Part shown: piece after piece, positions 58,921 to 64,000 of the stretch
Position numbering within the stretch: the first letter of the stretch is position 1
Layout of the letters: every line of letters starts with the position of its first letter
Assembly: GCA_964016885.1 (NCBI GenBank)
Contig: OZ024742.1
Coordinates: forward strand, 357,492,001-357,556,000
Length of the DNA: 64,000 bases
Direction of reading: 5' to 3'
Source: Eledone cirrhosa
Lineage: Eukaryota
Notes under the pieces: model-generated
What the model saw: only the letters and a program-made list of their open reading frames with translations
The model's database searches: none
What the model was told of the DNA's origin: nothing
Made by a program: the position numbers and the translations under genes

Positions 58921-59359
58921 ATTATTATTTGATATTTTTGTCAAATATTCCCCATTATGAGAAATGGTAGAAGCAGCAAAATAAATGTTGTGTTTTCTGT
59001 GTAATTGGATGCAGTGAACCAGTATAACTGTAATGTTGTCTTGTTCTGCCATTGTAACAATGATTGTTACTGTTAGTTATATGGCACTCATGCACTTATA
59101 CAGCAGCATACACTCTGCTTCTGGTTCTGTTGCATTTGGCACATATAACAAGAGAAAGCAGGCATTCACACCACACTGTCTCATGTCCCAGAATGAAGTC
59201 TTTGAAAAACTGTTGATTTGCACTGAACTCGAACAAATTCTAAATGGACTTTCCATGTTTTGCTCTGGAATCCCTGTCATGTTATAAAGCACCCATAATA
59301 AAATATTCTATTATTTCATTATCAAAAGAATCTGGCAAATCTCTGTAGACGTTTGGCAT

Positions 59360-60040
59360 TATCTATGGACACTTCCACACACATACACACTCACATACAT
59401 ACATATTCACCTGTGAACACTCACACTCATTCACATTCACGCATACATACACACATATCTATGGACACTTCCACATACTCACAAACACACAGATTAACAC
59501 ATACATACACATTCATCTATAGACACTCACACACACACACTCACTCATACATACGCACACAGCACACACATTCACACCCACTCATACATACACACTCACA
59601 CACAGACTCACAAATTCATCTATGGACACTACCACACACACACACACGCACACACACACACACACAAACTCACACACACGCACATAAGCGTTCGTGTACT
59701 GACATTCCCCCCTCACACACACACAACACACACATTTATGAATAGTTTCATATTTATCTTTAATGTGTACTTTGCCTTGTAGATACACACACACACACAC
59801 ACACACACATACATACACTCACACACACACACGCACCCACACACTCACTCGCTCACTCACACACACACCAGTACACAGACACACACATGCACACCAATAC
59901 ACAAATACATTTATGAATGTCTACCTATTTACATTAATGTTTACTTTGTCTTATACACACACACAGAAACATACTTGCACAGACACACACACACTCATAA
60001 CACACTCATACACATACACACACAGACACACATACACACA
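59360..60040. repeat. CA-rich low-complexity region with recurring ATCTATGGACAC anchors
   Basis: Anchor near 59361, 59457, 59515 and 59618. Confidence 0.85.
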
Positions 60041-60239
60041 AAGTTATGCCCGTCCATGTGTTGAAATGAAATACCTGAATGGCTATTATTAAGTCTAGTC
60101 ATGATTGTATGACTATGAAATATGCTTCTCAAGCTTCTGTTTCAAGTTCAAAATCATTGTTTAACCCCATGTGAGCCGTTTTTACTATAGTAAAAGTTGA
60201 CATCAATATATTTTGACAGCCTTTTCACTCTTAGAAGCT

Positions 60240-61155
60240 GGGAGGAACTGTCATATATTTTGACTGACAGAATCTGGGCAGAAGCATGGAGGAACTGTCA
60301 TATATTTTGTGTGATAGTTCCTGTCCAGCATCTCTCAGTGAAATGTCATATATTTTCACTGACATTTCATTGACAGAAGGAGGACAGGAACTGTCGTATA
60401 TTTTGACTGACATTACATTGACAGAAGTAGGGCATCTACTGTCATATATTTTCACTGACATTTCATTGACAGGAGTAGGACAGGAACTGTCATATATTTT
60501 ATTTGACATTTCATTGACAGAGGTAGGACATCTACTGTCATATATTTTCACTGACATTTCATTGACAGAAATAGGACAGGAACTGTCGTATATTTTGACT
60601 GACATTACATTGACAGAAGTAGGGCATCTACTGTCATATATTTTCACTGACATTTCATTGACAGGAGTAGGACAGGAACTGTCATATATTTTATTTGACA
60701 TTTCATTGACAGAGGTAGGACATCTACTGTCATATATTTTCACTGACATTTCATTGACAGAAATAGGACAGCTACTGTCATATATTTTGACTGAGATTTC
60801 ATTGACAGAAGTAGGACAGTTACTGTCATATATATTGACTGTCATTTCATTGACAGAAGTAGGACAGCTACTGTCATATATTTTGACTGTCATTTCATTG
60901 ACAGAAGTAGGACAGCTACTGTCATATATTTTGACTGGCACTTCATTGACAGAGGTAGGACATCTACTGTCATATATTTTCACTGACATTTCATTGACAG
61001 AAGTAGGACAGCTACTGTCATATATTTTGACTGATATTTCATTGACAGGAGTAGGACAGCTACTGTCATATATTTTGACTGATATTTCATTGACAGGAGT
61101 AGGACAGCTACTGTCATATATTTTGACTAATATTTCACTGAGAGAAGCTGGACAG
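60240..61155. repeat. 48-bp minisatellite (CTACTGTCATATATTTTGACTGACATTTCATTGACAGAAGTAGGACAG), about 18 units, with a 192-bp four-unit duplication
   Basis: 16-aa periodic ORFs on both strands. The variant pattern at 60361 recurs at 60553. Confidence 0.96.
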
Positions 61156-61425
61156 AAACTGGACAGAAACGTATCAGTTGAGAATATTGCGCAAGTCATG
61201 TCACTGAGAAAGAGGTGGATGAGATTGTAAGCTTCTAAAGGCAACTTAGCTTCTTGAAGATGACCAATACAGCATTTTGTTTCACCTTCTCAGCGATGTT
61301 TGACAGGTCCCATTATTCTTAATGCATTTGTCTTGAATTTTCTTCACAGTGAAAATCACATCTGTGTTAACTCTGCTCAGAAGGCACATTGGGATTGAAA
61401 GATATTCTCAAATGACACTTCAGTA
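61155..61425 (-). pseudogene. Decayed RTE/BovB-like reverse transcriptase fragment
   Basis: Across frameshifts it reads ENIFQSQCAF*, TDVIFTVKKIQDKC, VIFKKLSC and NLIHLFLSDM, matching the order of the QxGFR / TDxIFxxRQLQEK / LxKLGC / IIRLFHDDM motifs. Confidence 0.6.
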
Positions 61426-61716
61426 TGGTTGTAAGACACAGATGATGTATGGTGTATGATGTATGGTGTCTGTATGCCACTTCTATATGACTGTGAGACA
61501 TGGATACTTCTATATGGCTGTGAAATATGGATGCTGTATTGCATCTGTATGGCTGGATACCATGGTTGTTGTATTACATCTGTATGGTCGTATGGCACTT
61601 CTGTATAACTGTAAGACAAGTATGCTGTATTGCAGGCATAGCAAGCAATTTGAACAGTTTCATAAATAGTCCTTGCAATCTATCATGCAAATTCAATGAC
61701 ATGACCATGTCTTCAG

Positions 61717-61872
61717 ACACTACATAGAACCAATCACTGAAGATAAGATATATTTTACCAAAGTATATTGGCGAAACATGTATACTAAGGTCAGACTTGT
61801 AACACTATGTAGAACCAATCACTGAAGATAAGATATATTTTACCAAAGTATATTGGCGAAACATGTATACTA
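61717..61872 (+). repeat. 85-bp-period direct duplication, each copy with CTGAAGA...GAAACATGT
   Basis: 61717-61787 and 61802-61872 are nearly identical. Confidence 0.9.
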
Positions 61873-62267
61873 TGGTGAGAAAACTTATAAACTGGTGCAT
61901 TCAAACAAAAATGCTGTGCTTAAGTTATAAGACATTCTATTTTTATTTAACCATCAGAAACGCAGTGAAGCACAGATTAGCCTATTGGAAATCTATAACC
62001 AATCATGCTATTACTTCTAAAATAGATAACATGGAAACAAAAACTTGAATAAATAATTGTTCTCCAATAATTTTGTTGAGTATTTGGTTGTACATATAAT
62101 TTACATGGCTTAGTTTGTCTAACTATTGGAGATATATAGCAGATTACATGGGAATGGTACCTATGACAGATTGAGGTTCTGTGTCCAGGAAGATATAGTA
62201 ATTATTTTCACTATAAAGGGTGCTCTTCCTCCTCCCCCTCCCCATCTTCGTAGTTGTCATTGTCAAC

Positions 62268-62268
<1 letters not shown>

Positions 62269-62323
<55 letters not shown>

Positions 62324-62545
62324 TATTATCACTATCATTGTCAACTTCATCACCATCATTTCCATCCTCCTCCTCATCATCATCAACATCACTGTAGATA
62401 ACTATCAGGTACTGAGGCCAGACTGATAAGGTGACTAGTTCCTGCTACTACACTTTGATTTGGTTTGCTTTCTATGGCTGAATGCCCTACCAAACAGCAA
62501 CCATTTTACAGCATGTACTGGGAGCATTTTCATAACTCAAACACC
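62269..62545 (-). mobile_element. (CAT)n tract plus degenerate antisense RTE 3'UTR
   Basis: tttctatggctgaatgccctacc..caaccattttacag matches tttctacagctggatgcccttcc..caacctcatttacag at 51846-51890. Confidence 0.65.
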
Positions 62546-62579
62546 ACCACCTGACAGGGAAAACTATGTACCTTTTAAT

Positions 62580-64000
62580 ATGGCACCAGCACTAACCCCT
62601 TAGAGGTTGAGCTGTATGCTTTTTGCTGTGGCACCAGAACTACCCCTTCAAGGTTGAGTTGCATGCTTTTTTTTGTGGCACCAGCACTACCCCCATCAAG
62701 GTTGAGCTGCATGCTGTTTGTTGTGGCACCAGCACTACCCCCTTTACGGTTGAGGTGCATCCTTTTTGTTGTGACACCAGCACCCTTCAAGGTTGAGCTG
62801 CATACTTTTTGTTGTGGCACCAGCACTACCCCCATCAAGGTTGAGCTGCATGCTGTTTGTTGTGGCAGCAGCACTACCCCTTTACGGTTGAGGTGCATCC
62901 TTTTTGTTGTGGCACCAGCAATACCCCCTTCAATTTTGAGTTGTATGCTTTTTGTTGGTGCACCAGCACTACCTCCTTCAAGGTTGAGCTGAATGCTTTT
63001 TGTTGGTGCACCAGCAACACCCCCTTCAAGGTTGATCTGCATGCATTTTATTGGTGCACCAGCACTACCCCTTTCAAGGTTGAGCTGCATGCTTTTTGTT
63101 GGTGCCCCAGCACTATCCTTTTTAAGGTTGAGCTGTATGATTTTTGTTGGGGCACCAGCCCTACCCCCTTCAAGGTTGAGGTGCATGCTTTTTGTTGGTG
63201 CACCAGCACTACCCCATTCAAGGTTGAGCTGCATGCTTTTTGTTGGTACACCAGCACTACCCCCTTCAATGTTGAGCTGCATGCGTTTTGTTGGTGCACC
63301 AGCACTACACCCTTCAAGGTTGAGGTGCATGATATTTGTTGGTGCACCAGAACTACCTCCTTCAAGGTTGAGTTGTATGCTTTTTGTTGGTGCACCAGCA
63401 CTACCCACTTCAAGGTTGAGTTGTATGCTTTTTGTTGGTGCACCAGCACTACCCACTTCAAGGTTGAGTTGTATGCTTTTTGTTGGTGCACCAGCACTAG
63501 CCCCTTCAAGTTTGAGTTGTATGCTTTTTGTTGGTGCACCAGCACTACCTCCTTCAAGGTTGAGCTGCATGCTTTTTGTTGGTGCACCAGCACTACCCCA
63601 TTCAAGGTTAAGTTGTATGCTTTTTGCTGTGGCACCAGCACTACCTCCTTCAAGGTTGAGTTGTATGCTTTTTGTTGGGGCACCAGCACTGCCCCCTTCA
63701 AGGTTGAGTTGCATGCTTTTTTTGTTGCACCAGCACTACCCCCTTCAAGGTTGAGTTGTATGCTTTTTGTTGGTGCACCAGCACTATCCCATTACGGGTT
63801 GAGCTGCATGATTTTTGCTGTGGCACCAGCCCTACCCCCTTCAAGGTTGAGCTGCATGCGTTCTGTTGTGGCACCAGCACTACCCCCTTCAAGGTTGAGC
63901 TGCATGCTTTTTATTGTGGCACCATCACTACCCCTTGAAGGTTGAGTTGTATGCTTTTTGTTGGTGCCCAGCCCTATACCCTTACGGGTTGAGCTGTATG
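62580..64000. repeat. 45-48-bp minisatellite (GGTGCACCAGCACTACCCCCTTCAAGGTTGAGCTGCATGCTTTTTGTT), about 30 units, open at the right edge
   Basis: Tandem periodicity and 16-aa periodic ORFs. Confidence 0.97.

Noticed and set aside
60231-61244. 337-aa and 314-aa antiparallel ORFs
   Set aside because: They arise from a 48-bp repeat. The non-repetitive part belongs to a decayed RT with stops upstream.
62126-62426. Poly-His, poly-Met and poly-Ile ORFs
   Set aside because: (CAT)n microsatellite, probably an RTE tail.
62575-63945. Repeat ORFs (GAPTKSMQLNLEGGSA etc.) resembling a structural protein
   Set aside because: Open in several frames on both strands with frame-breaking unit lengths. The unit is better explained as derived from a non-coding LINE UTR.

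Overview
Eukaryotic, AT-rich, repeat-dominated DNA. The SINE/RTE content and microsatellite density suggest a cephalopod (octopus-like) genome, which is an inference. No intact host protein-coding gene is recognisable. Bases 1-~40790 are one uninterrupted satellite of about 1,360 30-bp monomers (CATCYAGATGTATTCTATACATATRTATGT). The monomer is built from overlapping dyads, appears to be a dimer of a 15-mer, and carries nested higher-order duplications (offsets 3328, 3788, 8016, 9553 bp and smaller). All ORFs in the array are artefacts of the 30-bp period. The remaining 23 kb holds decayed transposons: a near full-length but disabled RTE LINE (52771-56654) with a PHD finger inside the RT region, many 5'-truncated copies of three RTE subfamilies, tRNA-derived SINEs, a Dong/R4-type fragment, a TTAA piggyBac-type MITE, fold-back elements, several hammerhead-ribozyme-like motifs and two 48-bp minisatellites. 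The most notable observations are (i) a well-formed type I hammerhead fold at 56691-56757, (ii) a structured ~48-nt RTE 3'UTR module that appears to have seeded the minisatellite at 62580-64000, and (iii) recurrent inverted duplications anchored on (TA)n tracts. All alignments and folds were done by eye.
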